From assembly GCA_963789065.1 (NCBI GenBank), contig CAWBKA010000025.1:89574-153573 (forward strand): a stretch of DNA of 64,000 bases. The letters run 5' to 3'. Shown here piece by piece: positions 40,444 through 50,083 of the stretch; position 1 is the first letter of the stretch; each line of letters begins with the position of its first letter. Below the pieces are notes generated by a model. The model was not told the origin of the DNA and made no database searches. It saw only the letters and a list, made by a program, of their open reading frames with translations. The position numbers were made by a program, and so were the translations under genes. The stretch comes from an uncultured Verrucomicrobiae bacterium. Lineage in GTDB: Bacteria; Verrucomicrobiota; Verrucomicrobiia; Chthoniobacterales; JAFAMB01.

Positions 40444-40875
40444 ATGAGACATTTCGCAATGATAGCCGTTATAGCGCTTGGGACATCTCTCGCAGCGCGA
40501 GCGCAGGACCAAGGACCAGTAGAAAAAACTGGCAATACCGTTAAGAAAGCCGCGACTCAGACAGGCCAAACGATTGAACATGGAGCACAGGCGACAGGCC
40601 AAACGGTGGAACATGGTGCACAGGCGACCGAAAGGACCGTTGGCAAGGAGCTGAAGAAAACCGGAAACACGTTGGAAAAGGCGGGCCACGGCACAACCGG
40701 TTCCTCCAGGCATCATGCCAAGACGAAACACAGCACGGCGAAAGCGAGCCCGTCTCCTTCCCCGAAATCTGAGAGTTCGCCCGTCGCCACACCATCACCC
40801 GTAGAGTCGGCGACTCCAGCGGCGACACCGATTTCTACGCCAAGTCCGATTTCTACGCCAACGCCGAGCAGGTAA
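40444..40875 (+). CDS. secreted low-complexity repeat protein (hypothetical)
   Basis: Signal peptide MRHFAMIAVIALGTSLAARA. Internal repeats read GQT(I/V)EHGAQAT. The tail is Pro/Ser/Thr-rich. I recognise no homology. Confidence 0.5.
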   Translation: MRHFAMIAVIALGTSLAARAQDQGPVEKTGNTVKKAATQTGQTIEHGAQATGQTVEHGAQATERTVGKELKKTGNTLEKAGHGTTGSSRHHAKTKHSTAKASPSPSPKSESSPVATPSPVESATPAATPISTPSPISTPTPSR

Positions 40876-40941
40876 GCCTGCGCCTACCCAGCCTTGCGCG
40901 GTTATCTATTTAGCGCTCTGACCTCGAAGATGGCAAAAAAC

Positions 40942-41011
40942 CACGAATGGACTCTAATGGACGCGAAGAGGACCGGATTTAAAAGCGCCTTCCCTTCGCG
41001 TCAATTCGCGG
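40942..41011. repeat. REP-like palindromic element between convergent genes
   Basis: cacgaatggactctaatggacgcgaagagg pairs imperfectly with cccttcgcgtcaattcgcgg. The latter motif is shared with 25086-25105. Confidence 0.5.
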
Positions 41012-41029
41012 TCTAAGATTTCCTCCTTC

Positions 41030-42454
41030 TTACTCGCAGATTTCTCCGCGAAGGTCGTAAACCTGAGTGCCAGTAATTCGGATTTTCGCAAACTCGCCGA
41101 CCGCGGCGCGGCGCGGCAGCAGTACGCGGGTGTCGACTTCTGGCGCATCTCTTGCGGTCCGAGCTACCAACGGTTGCTCAACGAGCGCTCTCACCTGCTT
41201 GCCAATCATCGATTTGGCTAGTTCACTAGCAATTTTCTGCTGAAGCTGCATCGCTCGCCGATAACGGGCGTTCTTTGTGGCAGCGGACAACTGATTGCTC
41301 ATCTTTGCAGCACGAGATCCCCCTTCCTGAGAATAAGTGAATATTCCCAGGCGTTCAAAGCGGGTTCGTTCGATGAACTCCAAGAGAGATTCAAACTGTT
41401 TTTCGGTCTCGCCCGGAAAACCAACGATAAAGGTGGTGCGTAACGTAATGTCGGGTATCGCTTCGCGCAGCTCCTGGATCAGGTTTTCGATGTGTTCCCG
41501 TGAGGTCTCTCGCCGCATTAGCCGGAGCATTTCCTCGTCGATATGCTGGAGCGGCATGTCTACGTACTTCACTACTTTCGAACTGGCAGCGATCGCTTCC
41601 ATCAGCTCTCTACTCCAATGGGCCGGATGAGTGTACAAAAGTCGCACCCAGAAATCTCCCGGTATTCCTTCGAGCCTCTCTAGCAGGCGAGCTAAGGTCG
41701 GGCCACGCGAAGAGTCGATCGGTTGACGCGGCCCTGCCTTTTGATCCCAGAGATCCATCCCATAATAGGTAGTGTCCTGACTGATCAGATTGATCTCCTT
41801 CACTCCTTCGGCGACCAGGTGGCGGATCTCAGCCTCGACCGACTCGATCGACCGGCTGCGATGTTTGCCGCGCATCTGGGGAATAACACAAAAGCTACAA
41901 GGATGATTACAGCCCTCGGCAATTTTCAGGTAGGCGTAGTGCGGGGGCGTCAGTCGAAAGCGCGGAGTGGCATAATCCGGTATGTATCGGGACTTGGGCG
42001 TGACAAAGTTCAAGGGCGCTCCGCCGGCTGCTTCCTGCCGACTGACAACCTTGCGAACGATTTCTCCTGCCTGGGCAATTTGATCGAGTCCCATGAATGC
42101 ATCCACTTCCGGAATCTCGCTCACCAGCTCGGCGGAGAATCTTTGCGACATACAACCACTTACGATCAGTTTCTGCCCGGGGCGTTTTCGCAGGCCCCGC
42201 TCCTGATGTGCGCCCAGGATCGCTTCGATGGATTCCTCTTTAGCCGAGTCAATAAAAGCGCAAGTGTTGACAATCACCACGTCTGCATCGTCCGCGTTGG
42301 CCGTCACCTCCATCCCGTGCGCCAGGATATCGCCAAGCATAATCTCGGCATCGACCAGGTTCTTCGCGCAGCCGAGGCTGACCATCCCCACCTTCAACGC
42401 GGGTGGCGGCGACAAAATATCAGTGGCAGAGAGAGGACGACTCAGAGAATCCAT
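41030..42454 (-). CDS. rimO: ribosomal protein S12 methylthiotransferase RimO
   Basis: MTTase N-domain VSLGCAKNLVDAE, radical SAM cluster GCNHPCSFC and a C-terminal TRAM-like region. 474 aa. Confidence 0.9.
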   Translation of the reverse strand: MDSLSRPLSATDILSPPPALKVGMVSLGCAKNLVDAEIMLGDILAHGMEVTANADDADVVIVNTCAFIDSAKEESIEAILGAHQERGLRKRPGQKLIVSGCMSQRFSAELVSEIPEVDAFMGLDQIAQAGEIVRKVVSRQEAAGGAPLNFVTPKSRYIPDYATPRFRLTPPHYAYLKIAEGCNHPCSFCVIPQMRGKHRSRSIESVEAEIRHLVAEGVKEINLISQDTTYYGMDLWDQKAGPRQPIDSSRGPTLARLLERLEGIPGDFWVRLLYTHPAHWSRELMEAIAASSKVVKYVDMPLQHIDEEMLRLMRRETSREHIENLIQELREAIPDITLRTTFIVGFPGETEKQFESLLEFIERTRFERLGIFTYSQEGGSRAAKMSNQLSAATKNARYRRAMQLQQKIASELAKSMIGKQVRALVEQPLVARTARDAPEVDTRVLLPRRAAVGEFAKIRITGTQVYDLRGEICE

Positions 42455-42467
42455 AAGTAACTTACAA

Positions 42468-43454
42468 TCAATTGATCACAATATCTTCGGAGCTGCCCAA
42501 TATAAGCTGGCCATCCTTTCGGACTTCTACTGCTCCCTTTTCCGAGACGTGCAGCCAGAAACGTTTCCCCTCGACGACGATTGGCCGACTGTTCGGGGCC
42601 GCATACCCGTCGAAGACCGGCTGAGTCCCCTCCTCGTCTTTCGTTACCTTCACGTAAGTCTTTTTCAGAACTCGAAGCTCTAACTTCTTTTCCGGAGGTG
42701 TCGAAAGACTCATCTTCGCCGGCGTCTCCAGCGGGGTGGAAGTTTCCGAGGCACCCGCCGGAAGAGCCTTTCTGACCTCAATCCCACGTTCCGTCCGCGC
42801 CTGCGCGGCCAACGGCCCAGGCGTTGCCGCCTCTTTCAGGTCGCCTTCCTGGGGTTTATTGTCAGGGTTGACCGCCGAATTCTCTTCAACCGGCACCGGC
42901 TTCACCATCGACTCCAGCGAACCGGCGGCCGATTGGGAGGCCAGCGCCGGATTGCTGGATTGACCGGAGGATTTCGCCTGATTCGGACTAGCCACCGGCG
43001 CAATGTTGAGCGCCAGATAAGAAAAAACCGGGATCCCTACCAGAACTATGAAAACCAAGACACCCACCACTGCCGGTGGAACACGAAACCCGATTGCCTC
43101 GATTCTGCGGGGTTCTTGAAAAAATCTTTCCGGCGAACCCGAACTCAAATACTGGTAATTACCGACCGAGATTTTTCCGGCGACCTCGAATTTCTCAAGT
43201 TGCTCCTGAATATCGACTCCAAGAAATCTCGCATACTTCGTCAAAAAGCTTTTTGCGTACATCCGGTTAGGAAAGTGAGCATACTCGTCCGCCTCCAAAT
43301 CGATAATGCGATTAGGCCGGATTTTCGTCTTCTCGGCGACATCCTCAATCTCGAGCTTCCTGGCGAGTCGCGCCTGCTGCAATTTCCTACCGACCGATTC
43401 CACGATTATTCCAGACTGGTCTAAAAGCTGCCCCCGGCGATACAATAGGGGCAA
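42468..43454 (-). CDS. rodZ: RodZ-like helix-turn-helix cytoskeleton-associated membrane protein
   Basis: N-terminal XRE-type HTH (LQQARLARKLEIEDVAEKTKIRPNRIIDLE), a single TM segment, a Pro/Ala-rich linker and a C-terminal DUF4115-like domain. Confidence 0.7.
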   Translation of the reverse strand: MPLLYRRGQLLDQSGIIVESVGRKLQQARLARKLEIEDVAEKTKIRPNRIIDLEADEYAHFPNRMYAKSFLTKYARFLGVDIQEQLEKFEVAGKISVGNYQYLSSGSPERFFQEPRRIEAIGFRVPPAVVGVLVFIVLVGIPVFSYLALNIAPVASPNQAKSSGQSSNPALASQSAAGSLESMVKPVPVEENSAVNPDNKPQEGDLKEAATPGPLAAQARTERGIEVRKALPAGASETSTPLETPAKMSLSTPPEKKLELRVLKKTYVKVTKDEEGTQPVFDGYAAPNSRPIVVEGKRFWLHVSEKGAVEVRKDGQLILGSSEDIVIN

Positions 43455-43477
43455 ACGTCCAGATCTTCATTTACTGT

Positions 43478-45874
43478 TTACACGAGCGCGTCTAAGTCCA
43501 CTAAAATATCCCGTGGCTTCGCTCCATCACCGGGGCCCAAAATGCCGCGACGCTCCAGGATGTCAACTACTCGAGCAGCTCGGGTGTAGCCCAGACGTAA
43601 CCTCCGTTGCAGCATCGACGTAGACGCCCGCTTCTCCTGCCGGATAATTTCCAGACATTTCTCCACCAGCGCTTCGTCTTCTTCGCTGACCTCCTCTTCG
43701 TCTTGCCCCGTGGACTCGAGCTGATTCTGAATTGCTGGGTCAAAGGCAGGCGCGCCTTGATCGGAAACAAATTCGACCAGGCGACGAATCTCTTCGTCGG
43801 TCACCAGCACACCCTGAGAGCGGATAAGCCGTGAAGTGCCTGGCGGGCGATAAAACATGTCCCCCTGTCCGAGCAGGCGTTCGGCTCCATTTTCGTCGAG
43901 GATCACCCGGCTATCGAGCGCAGACGCAACCTGGAACGCAATACGAGTCGGGATATTTGCCTTTATCACTCCGGTGACCACGTCGGCGCGAGGCGTTTGA
44001 GTCGCGACGATCATGTGGATCCCTGCCGCTCGGGCCATCTGCGTGATTCGAGCAATCGCGCTCTCGACGTCCGCCGGCGCGGTTTGCATCAAGTCGGCTA
44101 ATTCGTCGATGATGACGACGATGTAAGACAGGCGTTCCGGGATCACCAGATCGTCGTCTCTCGGCACCCTGATTGGCGGCGCCTCAGCTTCCAAAGGAAG
44201 ACTCTCTGGGCCCTCGGATCCCTCAGCTTCCGCTGCCAGGTCCAGTTCCTGTTGCGATTTCGCTTTCGGCCGGGCATTAAACCCCGTCACATTCCGAACA
44301 CCGACCTTCGCAAACATTTTGTAGCGGTTCTCCATCTCGTTCACAATCCAGCGCAACGCGAGCAGCACCTTCTTCGGATCGGTAACCACAGGCATCACCA
44401 GATGCGGAAGAGCATTGTACATCTGCATCTCAACCACTTTCGGGTCGATCATCACAAAGCGAAGGTCATCCGGGCTGAAACGGAATAAAATGCTGGCGAT
44501 AATCGCGTTAATGCAGACGCTCTTGCCGCTACCGGTGGTCCCCGCGACCAATCCGTGCGGCATTTGCGCCAGGTCCCCTAAAATAATCTTTCCGTAAACA
44601 TCCTTGCCGAGAACAATCGGAATTCGGTGCTTGGTATGTGTCCATTCGTCCGATTCGAGGATTTCCCGAAGCGTAACTTTGACCTTTTTCGAATTCGCAA
44701 TCTCGATTCCAACGGTATCTTTTCCTGGGATGGGCGCCAGAATGTTAATCCGCTCCGCCCTCGTGGCCCGCGCCAGATCACGCTCGAGGCTGGAGATTTT
44801 GTCTACCCGCACCCCACGAGCGGGATACACCTCGTACCGCGTGATCGTGGGTCCGCGAGTAATATCCCCTGGACTGGCCTCAATGTTGAACTGCTTGAGC
44901 GTATCGATCAAAACATGCTGAATCAGTTTCAACTCCGAAGGATCGGCCGCCTTGCGCCCTTCGAGGTCGATCGGTTCCAGCAATCCGATGGACGGGAGTT
45001 CATAATTTTCGATGTGCTGCTCAGCCATTGCTGGAACGGGTTCCTTGTCGCGTCCCTTCCCTTTCGCTTCCGCCAGGGACGGCTTCGCTCTGCTCGGAAT
45101 CGCCGCTGAGGAATCGATAATTTTGGGTTCGGGATACACCGCAGCCTCAGGTTCAGGTTCTTCTGGCAGAATTCCTTTTTTCTTTAATTCCTTCTCGTGT
45201 TTGCGAATTTCTCGCTCGATCTTTTTCTGATTCGCTTCCAGACGCTCTCTTTCGTTGGCAGCTTGCATCCGGCGCCGCTCTCTCTCCTGAACCGCCCTCC
45301 GGAAAAAGTCTTTAACGCCCTGGATCGACTGCTTGACTAGAAATATCGGCCGGATTCCTGTCAACCAGACGAGGCTAATGAGATAGACCACCGACAGGGC
45401 AATGATCGATCCAAGCTGACCCAGCATTCCTAAAAGGAGCACTCCGAACCAATACCCGGTCCATCCGCCCGGTCCCATAATGTTAAATTCGTGTCTCCAG
45501 GTGTGTAAAAACCAGGACTGCAAATGGAGTACCGAGGCTCCGCTGATGATAAAGGCGACAGCCCATGGCAGACGTCTTATGATCCGAAATCCAGCCAGAA
45601 AGAGTTTGGCGCCGCCAAATCCCAATAAGATCGTCGCCACAAGGTATGACGCGGCGCCAAGTGTCAAATACATGAATCCCGCTATGATCGCTCCCGTGGG
45701 GCCGATAAAATTCTGTGCCGGATTATTTGGCGGGCTGACCGAGCTAAACCAGACCCAGGAAGGCACATCCTTCGGCGTGTAAGAAATCAGCGCCAGAAAT
45801 AGAACCGTTCCAGCACCGAGCAACACCAGCCCCATCACTTCATTCCACGCGTTATGTTTTCGCGACTGCGCCAT
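43478..45874 (-). CDS. ftsK: DNA translocase FtsK
   Basis: N-terminal TM segments and a coiled linker. Motor domain with Walker A GTTGSGKSV. The C-terminal gamma winged helix reads STSMLQRRLRLGYTRAARVVD. The start is taken at MAQSRKHN (45874). Confidence 0.93.
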   Translation of the reverse strand: MAQSRKHNAWNEVMGLVLLGAGTVLFLALISYTPKDVPSWVWFSSVSPPNNPAQNFIGPTGAIIAGFMYLTLGAASYLVATILLGFGGAKLFLAGFRIIRRLPWAVAFIISGASVLHLQSWFLHTWRHEFNIMGPGGWTGYWFGVLLLGMLGQLGSIIALSVVYLISLVWLTGIRPIFLVKQSIQGVKDFFRRAVQERERRRMQAANERERLEANQKKIEREIRKHEKELKKKGILPEEPEPEAAVYPEPKIIDSSAAIPSRAKPSLAEAKGKGRDKEPVPAMAEQHIENYELPSIGLLEPIDLEGRKAADPSELKLIQHVLIDTLKQFNIEASPGDITRGPTITRYEVYPARGVRVDKISSLERDLARATRAERINILAPIPGKDTVGIEIANSKKVKVTLREILESDEWTHTKHRIPIVLGKDVYGKIILGDLAQMPHGLVAGTTGSGKSVCINAIIASILFRFSPDDLRFVMIDPKVVEMQMYNALPHLVMPVVTDPKKVLLALRWIVNEMENRYKMFAKVGVRNVTGFNARPKAKSQQELDLAAEAEGSEGPESLPLEAEAPPIRVPRDDDLVIPERLSYIVVIIDELADLMQTAPADVESAIARITQMARAAGIHMIVATQTPRADVVTGVIKANIPTRIAFQVASALDSRVILDENGAERLLGQGDMFYRPPGTSRLIRSQGVLVTDEEIRRLVEFVSDQGAPAFDPAIQNQLESTGQDEEEVSEEDEALVEKCLEIIRQEKRASTSMLQRRLRLGYTRAARVVDILERRGILGPGDGAKPRDILVDLDALV

Positions 45875-46204
45875 GACAGTTCCCAGTGTAAGTCCTAGTT
45901 TCGGGCTTTCAATCCAGAACGACGCTAGCCCGAAAATCTCGCGAGCCAAAGCGCTCGTGAGAAGAAAACGGATCGGGAAGAAGGTCGCGTTTAGAAATAA
46001 AAGAAACAGGTGTCGACTCCTTTTCGACGTTTTGAGAAAAACGCTGGCTATTTCCGGATCACGGCCCAACACGCATTGAAAAACGTTTGGCACTTGGCGT
46101 TCGCCGTTCGCCGGCGTTTGGTGGCGCGGCGCCTTCACCTTTTTTTAATGACGTCGCTTTCTGGTGCCAGTAGCCTTAACTTGTCGCCGAGTCTCACGCA
46201 GATT

Positions 46205-47137
46205 ATGAATGCAGAATGCCTCACTTTTCAGCCCGTGTACATGGAGCGAATTTGGGGTGGGCGGAAATTGCAGACCCATTTTGGTCGCAAACTCCCTGGC
46301 GAAAACCCGATTGGCGAGTCTTGGGAGCTTGTCGACCGGGAAGACATCCAGAGTGTTGTTTCCGAGGCCGAATTCCGCGGAGTCTCTCTGCACGAACTTT
46401 GGACCAAACACCGCCAGAAGATATTTGGCGACGGGTACGCGGATCCGCGTTTCCCGATTTTTGTCAAGATCCTGGATGCCTCTGACATCCTTTCGCTTCA
46501 AGTTCACCCTCCGATGCATCGAACGGTCGAGCTCCTCGATGAACCCAAGACGGAGATGTGGTATTTCTTTGCCGCCGAAGAAGGTGCCGGCGTCTACGTC
46601 GGCCTGAAAAGCGGGACGGACAAAAAGGATTTCGAATTGGCTCTCACGAGCGGCGGTGTCGCTGATCTGCTGCATTGGATCCCGACTCGGCCGGATAGCT
46701 TTATTTTTATCCCCAGCGGACGGTTGCACGCGATTGGTGCGGGCAACGTCATTTTCGAGATTCAGCAGAATAGCGACACGACCTATCGCGTCTTTGACTG
46801 GAATCGGCTCGGATTGGACGGCAAACCGAGGGCGATCCACATCGAACAGTCGCTAAGGTGCATCGATTTTAGCGACTTTGAGCCAACGCTTGGTCAAATC
46901 GAGAATGAGACATTGGTTGGCTGCGATTACTTTCGAGTCGACCGCTGGTCACTAGACCAGGCCCGACAGGCAAATTCCGAACCAAGGTTCGCCATCTTTC
47001 AAGTTGTTACCGGTGAAGTTTCGTTCGGTTCGCGCGGATTCGGTCAGGGGGACTTGTTCCTCGTCCCAGCCCAAAGCCACTTGGCCTCGGTCATCCCGCA
47101 CGATGGAATGGCGACGGTTCTCCGAATCACGCTATAG
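46205..47137 (+). CDS. manA: type I phosphomannose isomerase (mannose-6-phosphate isomerase)
   Basis: Cupin-type PMI motifs YMERIWGG, GESWELVD and LSLQVHP. The start is taken at MNAECL. Confidence 0.85.
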   Translation: MNAECLTFQPVYMERIWGGRKLQTHFGRKLPGENPIGESWELVDREDIQSVVSEAEFRGVSLHELWTKHRQKIFGDGYADPRFPIFVKILDASDILSLQVHPPMHRTVELLDEPKTEMWYFFAAEEGAGVYVGLKSGTDKKDFELALTSGGVADLLHWIPTRPDSFIFIPSGRLHAIGAGNVIFEIQQNSDTTYRVFDWNRLGLDGKPRAIHIEQSLRCIDFSDFEPTLGQIENETLVGCDYFRVDRWSLDQARQANSEPRFAIFQVVTGEVSFGSRGFGQGDLFLVPAQSHLASVIPHDGMATVLRITL

Positions 47138-47142
47138 GTGAG

Positions 47143-47290
47143 AGTATCCCCCATAAGCGCTAGGATAATGCGAGGCGCTTCGACGGGCGGATGGTTTCGT
47201 CCCGGAGGGACGGCACGATAGTAGCCAGTCCCTCCGGGACAAAAGCCATTGAAAGTGCCTCAGATTATCTTAGCGCTTATGGAGTATCCC
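47143..47290. mobile_element. MITE-like element (132 bp) with ~26-bp terminal inverted repeats and an 8-bp target-site duplication
   Basis: The direct repeat AGTATCCC occurs at 47143-47150 and 47283-47290. It flanks the TIRs ccataagcgctaggataatgcgaggc / gcctcagattatcttagcgcttatgg. The core (gtcccggagggacgg..gatagtagccag..tccctccgggacaaaa) is related to 37182-37394. Confidence 0.75.
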
Positions 47291-47302
47291 CTGCGCCCTG
47301 CG

Positions 47303-48819
47303 TTCAGGACATAGGTAACACAATAGGTTCAAGACATAGGTAACACTTCAAAGGCAGGAACCGGAGTAAAAAGGCTCGGTAAATGCCGTGGAAAAAAAGT
47401 GAACCTATGGATCAAAGAAGAGAGTTTGCGCTGAAGGCGCTGGGAACGTTGAATTTTCGAGAGTTGTGCCGGGAATATGGAATCAGCACCAAGACGGGTT
47501 ACAAATGGCGAGAGAGGTTTTTACGCCAAGGGCTGGAGGGGATGGAGGAAGATTCGCGGCGACCACGGAGCAGTCCCAAGCAATTGAGTGAAGGGCAAGT
47601 GTGCGAAATGGTGAAACTGAAGCTGGGGCATCGCTATTGGGGTCCGCGGAAGATCCGGACGTTGTACCATCGGCGACACGGGCAGGCGCCCAGCGAGAGC
47701 AGTTTCAAGCGGGTGCTGGAGCAAGTGGGTTTGACCCAGCCGCGCCGAGTGCGAGAGGGGCCGCTGGCCGGAGGGCGGCTGAGCAGTGGACGCCGAGGAC
47801 AACAACCCAATGAGGTGTGGACAGTGGACTTCAAGGGCTGGTGGCACTTTGGAGAGAGTAGGCGGTGTGAACCCTTGACAGTCCGCGATGAGTTCAGCCG
47901 TTACGTGCTGGAGTTGCGAGCGATGGACAATGCGCGCAGCCAGACGGTGCGAGAGGCCTTTGAGCGGATCTTTGAGCGACACGGTTTACCTGAAGCGATC
48001 CGCTGGATAACGGGGCGCCTTTTGCCAGCGTGCAGGCCTTGCACGGGTTGAGCCGGCTGTCGGCGTGGTGGGTGGCCTTGGGAATCGATTTGGAACGAGG
48101 TCGGCCGGCGCATCCGCAAGATAACGGAGGGCACGAACGGCTGCATCGGGACATCGCCGAAGAGTTGGAAAGCTTGGGTCAAGGAGCCACGCCAGAGGCG
48201 CTGGAGCTGTGGCGAGAGGAGTTTAACCGGGAGCGCCCCCACGAAGCGCTGGGGATGCGTTGTCCGGCGGAACTCTACCAGAACTCGAGCAGGCCTTACC
48301 GCGCGACAGAAGTGCAATTGAGCTATCCCGGGATGGCGGCCCGCTTGGTGGACAAAAACGGCAAGCTGAGTTGGAAGAACCAAAAGGTCTTCCTGACCGG
48401 GAGCCTGGCGGGTTGGGAGGTAGGGCTCCAAAGGGCTGAAAAGGGCCAACTGGAGATCTGGTTTGGCCGGTTGCTGCTTGGACACCTTGATCCGCAGGAG
48501 GTCAGTTTCCTAAGGGCCGAGGTGGCGTTATGAACGGACTCCAACCATCGTGGGGGCCAAGGGAGGATCCCCCTGGCGACGGGTGGCCGCAACTCGCGAC
48601 TTACCCACAATCGCCTTTATCCGGGCGGGTGTGCTGCTGCGACGTGGCGTACCTGTCCCAGGCATTCTCGCAGCTCACCGGCCCGGGGCGATTATGGATA
48701 AGTCTAGCCGCCATTTGTTGGCGATATTCCAGTTCGCAGAATGGACAGAATCAAAACATGAACTAAAACAGTGACAGTGTTACCGATGTCCTGACCCAAA
48801 AGTGTTACCGATGTCCTGA
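47303..48819 (+). mobile_element. IS481-family insertion sequence with tandemly duplicated terminal repeats
   Basis: The 18-nt motif TCAGGACATAGGTAACAC occurs twice at the left end (47304-47321, 47329-47346). Its reverse complement occurs twice at the right end (48777-48794, 48802-48819). A possible 5-bp duplication CTGCG lies at 47298-47302 and 48820-48824. Confidence 0.85.
47383..48533 (+). pseudogene. IS481-family DDE transposase, one frameshift near 48004
   Basis: N-terminal HTH (FRELCREYGISTKTGYKWRERF) and an integrase core (NEVWTVDFKG.., ..DNGAPFAS.., HPQDNGGHERLH). The reading frame changes between AIR and DNGAPF. Confidence 0.85.
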
Positions 48820-48826
48820 CTGCGCC

Positions 48827-48920
48827 GCCGAACGCCGAACGCCGAACGCCGAACGCCGAACGCCGAACGCCAAACGCGCGCCCGGCGAACGGTGAACGGT
48901 GAACGGTGAACGCCGAACGC
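48827..48920. repeat. heptamer tandem array, 13 units (GCCGAAC x5, degenerate, CGGTGAA x3, CGCCGAA x2)
   Basis: A continuous 7-nt register holds over 94 nt. The unit is the reverse complement of the GTTCGGC family at 2088 and 56099. The IS481 right end lies 7 nt upstream. Confidence 0.9.
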
Positions 48921-49025
48921 CGAACGATTCTGGTTGCGGCTACGCCGAGCCGTGATAAATGCCAGTTTGGCCGCTCAAACCAACTGGTCAAAATTGACGA
49001 TGTTAATAATTCACACTAGGGTCGT

Positions 49026-50057
49026 TTGGTGAAAATTTTCACGAAGTCGGCTCTCGTTGGATTGGGCACACCGAAGCTGCGGCGCGCCGTCGAGCTGATT
49101 AACCCGCACCTTTACACTGTTGAAGAAAGAATTCGCGAACAGGCCCGAGCATTCGACCCAGCGATCGAAGGATACCTTGCCTATGCTTGCGGCAGCAGCG
49201 GAAAACGGCTTCGCCCGACCCTGGCATTGCTCTCCGGCGCAGCGACCGGCACGGTCTGTCCGAGTCATGTTGACCTTGCCGTGATCCTGGAGCTCATCCA
49301 CCTCGCCACTCTGGTGCACGATGATATCATGGACGGCGCCGAGGTGCGGCGTGAGCAGCCGACCGTCAATGCCAAATGGGGCAACACCTTAGCCGTTCTG
49401 CTCGGAGATTGCCTTTTCTCCCACGCGATGAAGCTGGCGGCCGCCTTTCCAAACAGCGAGATCTGCCGCCGGATCGCCCATGCGGCAACCGATGTTTGCG
49501 CGGGTGAAATCATCCAAACGCAGCGCAGGTTCGATTTGAATCTGACCATTGGGGAATACTTTCAGGTGATCGAAATGAAGACCGCAGCCCTGTTCTCGAT
49601 TGCGACAGAGCTGGGGGCGTTTCTCAGCGAAGCGAGCCCTGAAGTCATCACCGCGATGAAGGTTTACGGTCTGAAGCTCGGAACCGCCTACCAGATCTAC
49701 GACGACTGCCTCGACATCGCAGGCACCGAGGAAAAAGCCGGAAAAACTCTGGGTTCAGACCTGAGAAAAGGAAAGCTGACCCTTCCGGTGATCTATTTTT
49801 TGCAGATGGTGAACCGGGACGAGCATCATCGGTTCAGCGAAGTATTGATCCGCAGCAATGCGGAGGAATTGGGGATCCTCTCCGAAGAAGTCGTCAGAAG
49901 TGGAGCGCTACGTCGAGCGGTCGAAACGACCAAGCGACTGGTCGAAGAAGCCCAGTCAGAACTCCAAAAAGCGCCGGTTAATAAATATTCGTTGGCCATG
50001 CAGGATATCGGCGATTTCCTTTCGAATATCGTTGACCAGTTTGCCGCCGCTGCATAA
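49026..50057 (+). CDS. ispB: polyprenyl diphosphate synthase (long-chain, IspB-like)
   Basis: First and second Asp-rich motifs LVHDDIMD and IYDDCLD. ~340 aa. The start codon is uncertain (TTG 49026 or GTG 49029). Confidence 0.88.
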   Translation: MVKIFTKSALVGLGTPKLRRAVELINPHLYTVEERIREQARAFDPAIEGYLAYACGSSGKRLRPTLALLSGAATGTVCPSHVDLAVILELIHLATLVHDDIMDGAEVRREQPTVNAKWGNTLAVLLGDCLFSHAMKLAAAFPNSEICRRIAHAATDVCAGEIIQTQRRFDLNLTIGEYFQVIEMKTAALFSIATELGAFLSEASPEVITAMKVYGLKLGTAYQIYDDCLDIAGTEEKAGKTLGSDLRKGKLTLPVIYFLQMVNRDEHHRFSEVLIRSNAEELGILSEEVVRSGALRRAVETTKRLVEEAQSELQKAPVNKYSLAMQDIGDFLSNIVDQFAAAA

Positions 50058-50083
50058 CTCTTTCTACGCATGTTTTTTCTTTC

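Noticed and set aside
41723-42460. 245-aa ORF antisense to rimO. Similar long antisense ORFs lie at 52712-53554 (LysR), 46145-46840 (manA), 50387-51040 (radC/pssA), 51975-52658 (psd), 28365-29141 (cysD), 19382-19993 (cdsA) and 40201-40731.
   Set aside because: Each lies opposite a gene with strong family motifs and has none of its own. These are typical shadow ORFs in moderately GC-rich DNA.
48530-48766. 78-aa ORF overlapping the transposase stop by ATGA, inside the IS element
   Set aside because: It has no recognisable domain and a low-complexity composition. It could be non-coding IS terminal sequence.
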